Assembly: GCF_030028105.1 (NCBI RefSeq)
Contig: NC_092379.1
Location: 27,893,821 to 27,957,820 of the forward strand
Length of the DNA stretch: 64,000 bases
DNA from: Mobula birostris
Lineage: Eukaryota
Direction of reading: 5' to 3'
The notes under the pieces are model-generated. The model had not been told where the DNA came from and did not search any database. It worked only from the letters and a program-made list of their open reading frames with translations. Numbering within the stretch: position 1 is the stretch's first letter; every line of letters starts with the position of its first letter. Below are positions 37,195 through 49,605 of the stretch, piece after piece. Both the position numbers and the translations under genes were made by a program.

Positions 37195-37450
37195 GACGAT
37201 TTGTGAGGATATTACTAGAGAGTTATATAAGTGCATGTCCTCGGTGATAGTGACTGGGGAGCAGTCCTCAATGAGGCATACCATCTCTTCGATTTATCGC
37301 CTTTGGCAGGTATCCTGGATTCTTTTGATTGTTGTGTCAATGATGACTCTGGCTGAGTTTAAAATGTTCTGAGGTTATTTTGCTTGTTTGTTTTTTTTTT
37401 TTTTTTTTGCTCCTGTGCAGTTGCCCCACCATACCAGACAGAGATGCAAA
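37195..37450 (-). mobile_element. Old Rex1-like fragment, paralogous to 14490-14745
   Basis: tgtcctcggtgat..tggggag..; tcctgtgcagtt.ccccaccataccaga shared with 14560-14735. Confidence 0.6.
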
Positions 37451-39297
37451 CAATTACAATCGTCCCATATATCACTAGAAATTACTGCATTTGATGGAAG
37501 ACCAGTTTTCAAGCCTCCAGTGACAGTTAGCCGCTGCAATGCCTTCTTTGTAATTGTACCCAATATAACTCCACAGTTATGTCGACAACTACGCATTCGA
37601 AACTGCTTATCCTTTGCACTTCTGATTCCTCGATAGGGATTGGTATGTGTTCCATCGCTTTCCATTCCTGAATTCAAAATGAATTTCGTTCTTACTAAAC
37701 CAACACTCAAGCAGATCATCTCTATAGCTGTCGTACGCCCATTCGTCACTATCCGAAATTATGCAAAGAATATCTATGTTTTCGTCTAATTTAATGATGG
37801 GATTAGAGTTGTGCGAAGCCTCAGAATCGTGCTTGTGGTAAGGGTCAAGAATTGGGTATGGTTGAATTACGGCACTGTAATCTCACGACGATGAGATGTT
37901 ATTTCCAATTGGTTTATCAGGAGGTCTCCCATTTAGGAAATCTAATCCAGTTGCAGTGGGAGGCTTTGAAAACCAGGTTTTGAGTTTGATGAGTGAAGCT
38001 GAGGGGTGCTGATGGCTGAGAAGAAAGGCATCCCAACACTGATGTTGTGAATACAAAATTAAATGTAAAATGAAATTATCCTAGTACATGATAAAGGGTT
38101 GATAGAACTGATTGTAAATATTCCCCAGGCATACTGTAATATTTTCATCAGCGATAGAGTGCGGTGTCAATCATGAAACAATCCAGAACTATTTCCTTAT
38201 GTGACAACTTTAGAGACATATGACAATGTTGCAGTTAAGGAATGCATCAACTGAATTTTGGATATTTGAAATTTCTATACAGATATAATTCTGCATCAGC
38301 ATAACATTCTTGAATGTGCTGATGCCTGTTTTTTTTTTTTTTTTGGAATATGTTTGTCAGTAACTATAGCCGTAGATATGCAAGCTGTCCAAGAAGAAAC
38401 ATAAATTCCTGCTGCAGCTGTTGTACTTCCGCTTTTCCATCATATTGGGTAATTGGGCAATAAATTACGCGAATAAACGCTGCATGCTGTATAACAGCTC
38501 GTTTAGCAGACTCAGCAATGTACATCATCTTGTGCAAGTGCAATCTGACAAATATCTGAGAAGAAGTTAGAAAATATAAAGTTTCCAATTTTCGGTGGTA
38601 TGCACAATAACAGGACGAACTGCAAACGCCCCTCCTATCAATTGCCCAGTAAGCAGTATGTGCAAATACTCAGTGGCATTGAAAGAAACTGCACAAAATA
38701 AACTGTGGGCTTTCATGAAGTCTCAAAGACGTCTACACAAATAAACAACGCTACCATCGTTTCGATAAGTTCTGAAATTATTCAGAGAAAAGCTAAAATT
38801 CGCAGACACCGGTGAGAGACGAAGAAATGCTGCGCGGCAGAAGGTTTACCTCGTTTCAGTGTCTTTATAACAAATCGCATTACCCTATGTTCTGTCTGAA
38901 ATCGACCAGAGATGTGTACTGTTTGATATGATCTCTTTTTTTGGCACACTCACTTCGTAACACTGCTTTCCATACTTCTGGCATAATCTGTCTCAATGTG
39001 CAAGCGCAGATTGATGACAATATCCTTCAAGGCGCCCAAGAGCTTCATTACATTCGCTCACCGACGAGCCGCACTGTGCAGTTAATGTTCACACCTAAAA
39101 ACTTCAATCTATTTTTTACATATCTTTGCCGGTTGCAAGCTGACCTGTCGAATCCTGTACCACATTTGAAAGCCTTTTATCACAAATTTAATACTATTAG
39201 ATTGCGTTTGAGGTTGGTTGTTCAAGACAGATTTTGCCGTATTTTTAATCCGACATTCCGTTTGCGCTGCACGATTACAGGATTACAGAGTCTGGGA

Positions 39298-39815
39298 ACG
39301 TTATTGTAAGGGGCGGATTCGTGTCGCACCTCATTATTATGTTCCCCCTCGGTAAATTGTTACTTCACTGTAATAACCGATATCAATCTAGAATACTGTT
39401 TTAATCCCGGAGGCAACTCTAGTGTAGTACCGTAATATTCCAAACTACTCTGCTGTCCTTCAACGACGCATATCCTATTTAAGGCTGTAGTTTGTTTGAA
39501 GTGTTGATTGTGATTTCTTACTTATTTTACAGTTACAAAGCGGTCAGCAAGACATCGTGGAACAGTTGCTAGGTTAAAAAATAAAAAAAACCTTCCATGG
39601 AAAAAAAAATAGGACAGTTTTGAATTTAACTTTGCAACCAGGCTCTCACAGATGTGTTCCTGAACAGACAACAACCAAAGTAAGTGCTGCGGATTCCAGC
39701 AGAGAAAATAAACCGACAAAAAATATACATAATTATTCTGTTCAAATCCGACTCCGCGATGTACTTCGGCGAAAGACAATGTATCAAAATATACTTTGCA
39801 TTGTACACAACAAAC
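39298..39815 (+). pseudogene. Highly decayed TCR V pseudogene V4
   Basis: Colinear nucleotide similarity to V1-V3: leader remnant (ACG in place of ATG; cctcattattatgtt..G|GTAAA donor at 39352); aagacatcgtggaacag (~DSVEQ); gatgtgttcctgaacagacaa (~NVFWYRQ); caaccaaagta..cggattccagcagagaaa (~QPQYLIRIIAGK); tccgactccgcgatgtacttc (SDSAMYF, second Cys lost); GACAATG heptamer remnant 39775-39781. The upstream cassette also aligns (~38990-39090). Confidence 0.8.
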
Positions 39816-39835
39816 TTCAAAAAATTTACGTGAGC

Positions 39836-39849
39836 TCGATAGAGGGCGA
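39836..39849 (+). promoter_or_regulatory. CTCF-like motif downstream of V4 RSS remnant
   Basis: TCGATAGAGGGCGA, identical to the V3 copy although V4 itself has decayed. Confidence 0.55.
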
Positions 39850-40539
39850 GCTCATTAAAAGAAACAGGTCTGGCAAAGCAATCTGGAAACAAATTCTACC
39901 TAACGTCAGAAGGCTTAATTGAATCGTTTTAAATTATCGAGTGTCCAGCACGAATACGTTAATATCCTCGTCCCTATTTTTGCATATTTTTGCATTTTGA
40001 TCGTTTTAACTGTGCTCCCACCAAAATCTGATTTCACGACTTCAGTGCTGTTTAAGTGTAACATTCTGCCTTAAGTCTTGCATTAGCACAGTGGACAATA
40101 CCAGTAGATTGATATTTTGAAGGGGTTGGCCGATGGATAGACAGAAAAATGGCGAAAGACGTGCTCATAATCTGAGCAGACAAAACTTCCGATCAAAACC
40201 AGAAATGAACAAACGTATGGTTATCTAACACAGCAACAATATTATCGCTGGGGAATTTAGTCAACGGCTTGTACAGACACTTCTGTTATTTTTTTTTATA
40301 AACATACAGCCTCTCACAAATATTTTCACTAGACGTCTTCCCAAACATTCACTGGTAACATTGGTCACCCTTTGTCATTGTTATTCTGTCTCTTCTGTGT
40401 TCTGTTCTCAGTATGATGCTTTCAAAAGGGGAAGAAAGTTTGAGATGTTATTATTCTGTAAAATACAGGGTTCCCTTCCTCTAAATTCGATACTGCACTC
40501 GCGCATCTACTCCATTTTTTATCGTCGTATCGCCGTGAG

Positions 40540-40900
40540 AGGGTTAGGAAACTCAGCCAGTACATCGCGCCATGGAACTTCCGCTATCGTCCACGAGACG
40601 GATTTCGAAGCACAACCTTCCCCCTATCCTTCCATTTTTTTTCCTCGCTTTTTGCAGGGATCGCCCTCTCCGTGACTCTATTTCATGCGAAATTCCAAAC
40701 AGAACTCGATGCTGTCACTTTTTCTTGCAAATGGAATATGTGTTAATTTTGCCCATCACCTCCTCGCTCACCACCATTCAGGGCCCAACCAGTGTTTCTA
40801 GATGATTCAATAGTTTACTCGCCTGTTTTTCGTGGGCACCAACTTTCCCTGACGCTCCAGGCGCGGCATAGAATGACAGAGTAAAATCGAGCTGGATTGG
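40540..40900 (+). mobile_element. Degenerate Penelope-like fragment
   Basis: ITSSLTTIQGP and gatcgccctctccgtgact resemble the linker upstream of the PLE GIY-YIG domain. Confidence 0.5.
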
Positions 40901-41047
40901 GGAGCTTCTTCGGGCATCTTCGCTCTGTCCCTAAAAAGAAAGTTCAACGTAAATTTACCAATTCACCAGTGAGATCATTTAATTGTGAGCATACTCAGGA
41001 AATTCAGTAACTGTAATGCAGTCATTGAAATATGGCACACATCAGTG

Positions 41048-41290
41048 NNNNNNNNNNNNNNNNNNNNNNNNNNNNNNNNNNNNNNNNNNNNNNNNNNNNN
41101 NNNNNNNNNNNNNNNNNNNNNNNNNNNNNNNNNNNNNNNNNNNNNNNNNNNNNNNNNNNNNNNNNNNNNNNNNNNNNNNNNNNNNNNNNNNNNNNNNNNN
41201 NNNNNNNNNNNNNNNNNNNNNNNNNNNNNNNNNNNNNNNNNNNNNNNNNNNNNNNNNNNNNNNNNNNNNNNNNNNNNNNNNNNNNNNNNN
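41048..41290. other. Assembly gap (243 N)
   Basis: Run of N characters. Confidence 1.
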
Positions 41291-41299
41291 TAGAGCATG

Positions 41300-42225
41300 A
41301 AATGAATAACTACCTGAAAGTGAGTCGATAGCTTGGAGGAACAGTTAACTGATGGGCAGGTTTTCCCTCTCTGGTTCAACAGCGGAATATTTGACAGGTA
41401 AGACATTTCCATGAACCTGGAAACGTGAGCCCTGTGCCTCATTTACATTCCATGATCGCGAACTGCATGGGGTCCATGACTAGGGTGGTGGGAGTCCCGG
41501 ATAATGAATGCTGCTTTCTTGCAACAGTGATCTGTGTAACGTTGCTTAATGATGTGGAATGTTTTATCGGTGATGGACTTAGATGCATCAAGTACTGTTT
41601 ATGGGATGTTCTGTTCAAAGGCATTGTAGTTCCCATGTAAGTCTGTGATGAATCCAGCGAACATAATCTTATGGAGCAGCGTAACCATGTCAGATCGTTC
41701 TTTCCCAAACCCAAGGTAGTACAGGTGCTGCTTCCGAGGGGTGATATTTTAAATTTGCTGACCCTCCCTACCACTGATACCTTTGATAAAGTCTGCTACA
41801 GGTACCTCAGGTTTCCTCTACCTGAAATCAACAATCAGCTCCTTGGGTCTTCTTCACATTGAATAAGAAAATATTGTTGTGGCAGATTTCAATCTCCCTC
41901 CTCTCTACTGAATAGTTATCACTCTTGATTCGGCAGAAAATATCGTCAGCAAATGTAAATATAGCGGTTGAACTGATGTTAGCCACATAGTCAGAAGGAT
42001 AAAATGAGTAGAGTTGGGGAAATAGCACACAGACTTATGGTGCAACTGTGCTGATGGGGATTATGGGTGAGATATTGTTGCTAATCCGAACTGACTGGGT
42101 CTGCATGTGTGGAAACCGAGCACCCAATCTAACAAGGAAGAACTGATGCCTTGAAACATAATGGTTAGTTTTTGGGAGATAATAGCATTGAATGCCGGGA
42201 TGCACATATCTATGGTGATCGCATG
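41300..42225 (-). mobile_element. Degenerate Rex1-like endonuclease and RT fragments
   Basis: AFNAIISQKL..LLDWVLGF, FTFADD and NVKKT remnants. Confidence 0.55.
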
Positions 42226-42334
42226 ATTCAGCTTTGAGTGAACAGGCTTGAAGCAGATATCCAGGTGATTACAAATACCAATACGACTTCCATTCTCAAA
42301 ATGATTTATTGGCGATTGGTCTGCTCTACGACTG

Positions 42335-42430
42335 AGATAAAAGATAGTCTCAGTTTTGAGGAGCAAAACGTCCTGTTCTGCCTTGGTACCCTCGGACCTG
42401 ATAGCATGAATATTGATTTATCTAACTTTC
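42335..42430 (+). mobile_element. Penelope-like GIY-YIG C-terminal remnant
   Basis: EEQNVLFCLGTLGPDSMNIDLSNF. Confidence 0.6.
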
Positions 42431-42744
42431 GGAATTTCTCGCCCATCAGTTGCAAACCAAGTTTTGGTGCTAGAATGGAATGTACTTCACGTAATCGGGA
42501 AAGCAAGAAGAATGTGAGTAGATAGATTGATATTTTAATTGCCGACTCAAAAGGCATTCTTCTCCATTTCTTGTAAAATATCATGTCATACATTTCAAGA
42601 CAGTTATTAACTCTACTAATGTGCAGTCAGTTCATACTCTTCTGTTCCCATGTTCATAGTGGTTGGCTCAGTGAGCAAGCACATCGGGCGCACGAACACT
42701 TGGAGCTTCGGCCAGCTCAAGTGATGGCTGATATTAGTACGTAT

Positions 42745-42885
42745 TTGGACTATGAGAGAAAGCCAATACACCCGGAGGAAATCCAGACAAACACGGCGAG
42801 TACCTACAAGCTCAGTACAGACGGGTTGCAAATTAAACCTGAATCGCTGATACTGGAATTTCTAGCGCCAGCCACTCTGTGATCA
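42745..42885 (-). mobile_element. Degenerate tRNA-derived SINE
   Basis: cacccggaggaaatccagacaaacacgg..acaagctc..acagacgg..aattaaacctgaatcgctg resembles the reverse complement of a common chondrichthyan SINE 5' region. Confidence 0.55.
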
Positions 42886-43367
42886 TGCTGCCCAATTCAT
42901 AGCCTTTTCGTATAAGTTATACAAGAGCGTATCTCAGCTTCAACATCGAAAACCACGATTATGACGATCAGCAGTCGGCTTTGGCATCTCAATGTCCGAG
43001 CCATGTCACACTGGAGTGACATTTCTCTTTTAACACATATACTGTTTTGTACCAAAGATTAGATCCGACGATGTCAGACCGCACAGAAATCCCCGCCGCA
43101 TATAGACTGACCCGCCTGCTGCACTGTTCCAACTCCGAGGTATTTAGAATAACAGACACATTAAACAATGTGTAAGTATACAGAGACATTTCCGGACCGA
43201 AATACTGCCAATAGAAGGCGTCGTTTCTTCTGCAATTAGACGTTGGAATTTGATATTGGTGGAGTGTTTTGAAATGTCTTATGATTAGACTGGAACAAAC
43301 ATTACAACTATCATATTCCAAACTTTTGTTCAGAAGATAGTGTGTGTGGACCATGAGAAATTTTGTT

Positions 43368-43593
43368 TGTCTCTCTCCTGCTCTCTCTTCTCCTCCCCTT
43401 TCTCTCTCTTTCTTTCTCTCTCTCCCTCTCTCTCTCTCCCCCTCCCTCCCTCTTTCTATCTCTCTGTATATCTCCATCACTCTCTCTTTCTCTTTCCCTC
43501 CTTATGTATCTAGTCTTTCTCTCTATCTCTATCATATTCTCTGTCCCTTTCTCTCTCCCTCTCCCTTTCTTTCTCTTCCTCTCTCTATCTATG

Positions 43594-43639
<46 letters not shown>

Positions 43640-43682
43640 CCTTTTTCTATCTCTCTCTCTCACACACTCTCTTTCTTTCTTG
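43368..43682. repeat. (CT)n-rich microsatellite
   Basis: Polypyrimidine tract with a pure (CT)n core at ~43598-43636. Confidence 0.95.
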
Positions 43683-45411
43683 CTGTGAAAGGACAATTAC
43701 ATGATCTCGTCACCAAGAATATGACATAGAACGGAACATTGCAGTGCAATATTAGTATTCGCCCAAGAAAGTGCAGAATGCTCTACCGACTTTAACATAT
43801 ATCTAACCTTTGCATCCTAAGCATCGCTCCATTTACTTTTTTCATTCATCTGGTTAACTAAGAATTTAATAATTGCCGCAATATATCTGCTCCGACCACA
43901 ACAACTGACAGGTAGTTCTACGCACCTACAACTCTCCATGAAAAAAGCTCTACTCTGATATCCAATCACCATATCCAAGTTCCTATCAAATTACATTATG
44001 ACGCCGCCTATTTTATCTGACCGCCCTTAGAAAATATCTCTGATCATCCAGTGGAATCATGCATCTTGGTTTATTATACAACTCGCTCAAGTCACCGCCG
44101 ATGCTCGTTCACTTCAAGTAAAAAGGTCCACGCCCGCCCATTTCTTCGAATAAGAAGTGCTTTCGTCAATTTGCATCCCAGTAAATCTAATCCACATCAT
44201 CTCCAACGTTATTACATCCTTCCGAAAAGCAGGCAAACAGAAAACAATAATATTCCAAGTGTGATCTAATTAGTGTTTTATGGAGCCTAACCATTATCTT
44301 GGAGCTCTGGGACTCAATCCTGTGTTTTCCGAAGCTCAACGAAACAGTAGTTCTCTCAACAAACCTTCGGAGCTGCTGAATATACTCCTATATACTCTAT
44401 ATTGAACCTGCAGAGGACCAACTGAGAGCTGAGAGGTCCAGTGTAGGGTAAATAAATCACTGGATTGATCACAAACTCTAGCTAGAAGTTGTTCAGTTCA
44501 TTCCGCCACGCTTCTGAAGGTATGTACCCGATCCAGGGTCAGTTTGCGTTTCAAAGTCTTCGGTTCCTGAGAAGCATTTGTCAGGGCGTAAAATGTTACG
44601 GGGAGACTACAAAAGCATGTGTTGATAGGGATAATAAATTAGCCATGATAAATGAAGGAAAAAAACTCGACGGGGCGAATTCTGCTCATTTTTATTCTGC
44701 TTATTCTGCTCCTATTTCGTATATTATTCCGGTTTGTTGGGGGGGGGGGGGCGGGGGGAAGAAAGACAATCGGTGCTTCGTTTTCGACTGAAGAAGTAGA
44801 AATTCTCCGGCAGCCATGTAGAAAAACTCTCTGCAACAATAATAAAAGCCAATCATCGAGTCTTGTAGAATAAATTGACCTGTTCGTCGTCCGCCTGGAT
44901 TGGTTAGTCCTAATCAAATCAAGCTACAGCTGTCCTTCGTTGTTTATAGGAGACTTAATTTTACTTATAGGGAGAGTTTCGTCTTCGTTGAACTTCTGTT
45001 TCTCTAGTTTAAATTCAATAGCGTTGTTCACCGGGCAGTCCCACAAATCATCGGGGCTGCACAGTAGTTTTGTGCCGTTGATGCTCCACTACCGCCGATT
45101 TATCCAGGCAGAGCGAATGGATACCCTCCTGTGTTCCTTCACGCGGGTTTCTACAATGCGTCTCTTTTGCGACATATACGCTGCACCGTATTCACAGGAA
45201 GCTGCTAAACTCCAGCCTTATTGAGTCTCACGTAAAACGTGAACGGCATAAGCTGTGATCTGAGCTTCTTTCCTGGTTTGTGGATGCTTACAATCCGTAT
45301 ATTTTTAAATCCTTACGAACCGTCAGGAGATTCCTTTACGTTTCCCGGTTTTTCAGTCGGTCCTTGTAAAGGTCCATTTAAAGTTTTCACGTTTGCCCAA
45401 TCCTGTAGGTC

Positions 45412-46620
45412 GACACATGGAAACATTGAAATGCTACAGCACAATGCAGGTCCTTCGGCCCACAAAGTTGTGTCCAACACATCCTTACCTTAGAACTATC
45501 GAGGCTTACCCATAGCCCTCTACTTTTCTAAGCTCCATGTATCCATCCATGAGACGCTTAAAATGCCCTATCGTTTCCACCTCTGCCACCGTCGTCTGTA
45601 GCATATTCCACGCACTCAACAATCTCGGTATAAAACTTAACCCTGACATCCCCGCTGTACCTACTTCCAAACACCATAAATCTATCCTCTCCCGTGCTAG
45701 CCATTTCAGTCCTGGGGGAAAACCTCTGACTAGCCACACGATCAATGCCTCTCATTATCTTATCCACCTTTATGTGGTCACCTCTCGTCCTCTGTCGTTG
45801 CAAGGAGAAAAGGCTGAGTTCACTCAATCTGTTCTCATAAGGTATGCTCCCCAATCCAGAAAAATCCTTCTTAAATCTCCTCTGCACCATTTCTATGGTT
45901 TTCACTTCCGTCCTGTACTTAGGCGAACAGAATTGAATACAATACTCCAAGTGCGGTCCGATTAGGATCCTATATAGCTGCAACATTACCTCTCGGCTTT
46001 TAAACTCAGTTCCACGATTGATAAATGTCAATGCACCATATATCTTCTTAATAACAGAGTCAACCTGCGTAGCAATTTTGGGTGACATATGAACTCGGAC
46101 CCCAAGATAACTCTGATACTTTACACTGCCAAGAGCCTTTCAATTAATGTTATATGCTGCCATCATATTTGACCTACCAAAATAAACCACCTCACACTTA
46201 TTTGTGTGGAACTTCACCAGCCACTTCTCAGCCAAGTTTTGCTTCCTATCATCGTCCCGTTTAACATCTGACATCCTCCACACTATCGACTGCACACCCA
46301 ATTTTACGTCATCATCAAATTTACTAACCCATCCTTGCAACTACTCATCCAGATAACCTATAAAGCCAAAAAGGTTAGGGTCCTATAACAGATCCCTGAG
46401 GCACACCACAAGTCACCAGCCTCCATGCAGAGTATGACCCGCCTAAAACCACTCTTTGCCTTCTAGGGGCAAGCCAGTTCTGAACCACAAAGCAATGTCC
46501 CCTGGGATCCCATAGCTCCTTACGTTCCCAGTAAGCCTTGCATGGTGTACCTTATGAAAGGCCTTGCTAAAATCCATATATACTACATCTACGGCTCTAA
46601 CTTCATCAACGTATTTAGTA
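45412..46620 (-). mobile_element. 5'-truncated CR1-like LINE
   Basis: FDDDVKLG, LIGPHLEYCIQF..FSLQRQRTRGD; tail near 45415. Confidence 0.85.
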
Positions 46621-46889
46621 ATATCTAAAAAAAAAGTTCAATCAGGCTCGTAAAGCACGGCCTGCCTTTGACAAAGCCATGCTGAGATTTGCGAATCATA
46701 TTATCCCTCTCTAAATGTTCCTAATCCGGCCTCTCAGGAACTTGTCCTCTGTCCCTACTTCCAAGAACCTCAAAACTATGCCCTCTCTTGCTAGCCATTA
46801 CAGCCCAGGGAAACAATCTCTGACCATGCACACGATCAATGCCTCTCATTATCTTGAACATCGCTACGTAGCGCTTAACCGTCTTACTT

Positions 46890-47340
46890 TATCGTGGCGA
46901 GTCTCTGGTCCAAAAAAAAATCCATATGGTTAATCAAAGTAGAAACCGGCATTAAGGACCAGGGGAGCTTTATCCGTTTGGGTTACCCGGGGAAATCGTC
47001 TGCAGCAGAACAGTGCATTCGCATTGGCCATGGGATTGACTTCTACGACAGAAATTTCCTGTACCTCGTTTGGTGAAGAAAGCCATCAAAACAGTAACTC
47101 GGAAAAATAATTCTCACAAAGGTGGTCTCGCTACAGGTAACACATGTAAATTGATTGTAAGCACGTTGTAGCAGCTGAAGCCTGATTAGATGAGGACTAA
47201 CCAATCAGATGGCCGGTCGAAGGGGCGATAAATACCAGCGGACGAAACATACACATGCATTATTGTTTCTGTTTTTGGCAGAGTTTGCCGTCGAAACGTC
47301 GGCAGAATTTGACGTATGTAATAAAACCGATTTGGTGAGG
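46890..47340 (+). mobile_element. Penelope-like 3' end (endonuclease tail and pLTR)
   Basis: HCIRIGHGIDF..LVKKAI remnant, then CCAATCAG, ATAAATA, gtcgaaacgtcgg and AATAAA. Confidence 0.55.
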
Positions 47341-47389
47341 GAACTCGAGGTAAGGGAGCCATTAGGAGGTAGTATGATAACATGATAAT

Positions 47390-49605
47390 AAGTTTTAATC
47401 TACAATTTTAGAGGGAGAAGGGAAAATCGGAAGTGTCAGTATTACAGTTGAACAAAGGGGACGAAGGAGTCATGAGGGAGAAGCTGGCCAAAGTTGACTG
47501 GAAAGATACCTTAGCAGGGATGACAGTGGGACAACAATGGCAAATGTTTCTGAGAATGATGCAGAAGATGCTGGTTCAGTACATTCCAAAGAGGAATAAA
47601 TATTCCAAGGGGAGTAAGGGGCGACCGTGGCTGACAAGGGATGTCAAGGGCAGTAGAAAAATAAAAGAGAAGTATAATAGAGTAATAATGAGCTGGAAGA
47701 CAGAGGATTGGGAAACCTTTAAAGAGCAACGGAAGATAACTGATAAGGCAATATAGGAAGAAAAGATGAGATACGAAGGTAAGTTAGCCAAGGATATAAA
47801 GGAAGATAGTAAAAGATTCTTTAGGTATGTGAAGAGGAAAAAATAAAATTAGTTAAGACCAAAGTTGGGCCCTTGAGGGCAGAAATGGGTGCATTTATTA
47901 TGGGGAACAAGGAAATAGCAGACGAGTTAAACAGGTATTTTGGATCTGTCTTCACTAGGGAAGACACAAACAATCTCCCAGATGTAATACTGTCCAAAGG
48001 ACTTAGGGTAACGGAGGAACTGAAGGGAATTAGCATTAGCCAAAAAAAATGGTGCTGGTTAGGCTGATGGTAATGAAGGTTGATAAATCCCAAAGGCCCG
48101 ATGGTCCGCAACTCAGGGCACATAAGGAGGTGTTTCTAGACATCGTAGAAGCATTGGTAATCATATTCCAAATTTCTATAGATTCAGGATCAGTTCCTGA
48201 GGATTGCAAGGTGGCTAATGTTATTCACTTTTTAAGAAAGGAGGAAGAGAGAATAAAAGGGAATTATAGACGAGTTAGCCTGACATAAGTGGCGGTGCGG
48301 ACTCTGGAGTCAATTATAAAAGATGAAATAGCGGCACATTTGGATAGCATTAACAGAATTGATCCAGGTCAGCATGGATTTACCAAGGAGAAATTATGCT
48401 TGACTAATCTTCTGGATGTTTTGAGGATATAACTATGAAATGGACACGGGAGAACCAGTGGATGTAGTGTACCTGGACTTTCAGAAAACCTTTGATAAGG
48501 TCCAACATAGGAGATTAGTGGGCACGATTAGAACACATGGTATTGGGGAGAGGGTACTGTCATGGATTGAAAATTTGTTGGCAGACAGGAAACAAAGAGT
48601 ATGGTTTAATGGGTCCCTTTCAGAATAGCAGGCAGCGACTAATGGGTTACCGCGCGGCTTGATGCTGCGACAGCAGCTATTTACAATATATATATAAATT
48701 AACGATTTAGATGAAGGGATTAAAAGTAACATTAGCAGATTTGAAGATGACACAAAGCTGGGTGGCAGTGTGAAATGTGAGGAGGATGTTATGAGAATGT
48801 AGGGTGAATTGGACAGGTTGGGTGAGTGGGCAGATGCATGGCCGATGCAATTTAATGTCGATAACTGGGAGGTTATACACTTTGGTGGCAACAGCAGGAA
48901 CGCAGATTACTATCTGAATGGTGTCAAGTTAGAAACAAAAGAAGTACAACGACATCTAGGTGTCCTTGTTCATCAGTAACTGAAAGTAAGTATGCAGGTA
49001 CAGCAGGCAGTGAAGAAATCTAATGGCATGCTGGCCTTCATAACAAGGGTAGTTGAGTGTGAGAGCAAAGAAGTCCTTCTGCAGTTCTACAGGGCCCTGG
49101 TGAGACCGCACCTGGAGTATTGTGTGCAATTCTGGTCTCCAAATTTGAGGAAGGACATTCTGCTATTGAGGGAGTGCAGCGTAGGTTCACGGCGTTAATT
49201 CACGGGATGGCGGGTCTGCTATATTTTGAAAGATTGTAGTGACTGTCCTTGTATGCACTGGAATGTAGAAGGATGAGATGGGTCTGATTGAAATATATAA
49301 CATTTTTCAAGGATTGGACACGCTAGAGGCAGGAAACATGTTCCCGATGTTAGGGGAGTCCAGCATCAGAGGCCACAGTTTAAGAATAAGGGGGTCGGCC
49401 ATTTAGAAATGAGTTGAGGAAACAAAATTTCACCCAGAGAGTTGTGGATCTGTGGAATGCTCTGCGCCAGAAGGCAGTCAAGGGATATGGGGAGAAGGCA
49501 GGAACGGGATATTGATTGTGGATGATCAGCCGTGATCACAGTGAATAGTGGGGCTGGCTGGAAGGTCCGAATGTCCTAATCCTGTACCTATTGTCTGTTG
49601 TCTGA
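47390..49605 (+). mobile_element. 5'-truncated CR1-like LINE, degenerate
   Basis: KLAKVDW, YFGSVFTREDT, VYLDFQKTFDKV, LVRPHLEYCVQFWSP; 3' UTR hairpin. Confidence 0.88.

Noticed and set aside
40087-40125. Isolated CACAGTG heptamer
   Set aside because: No nonamer at 12 or 23 nt and no V-like sequence upstream.
40975-41442. ORFs spanning poly-X
   Set aside because: They run through the 243-N assembly gap.
43311-43704. Arg/Glu-rich and Leu/Ser-rich ORFs
   Set aside because: Artefacts of the (CT)n microsatellite.
44450-45400. Stretch with several short ORFs that may be an old retroelement
   Set aside because: No RT, endonuclease or integrase motif could be identified by eye.
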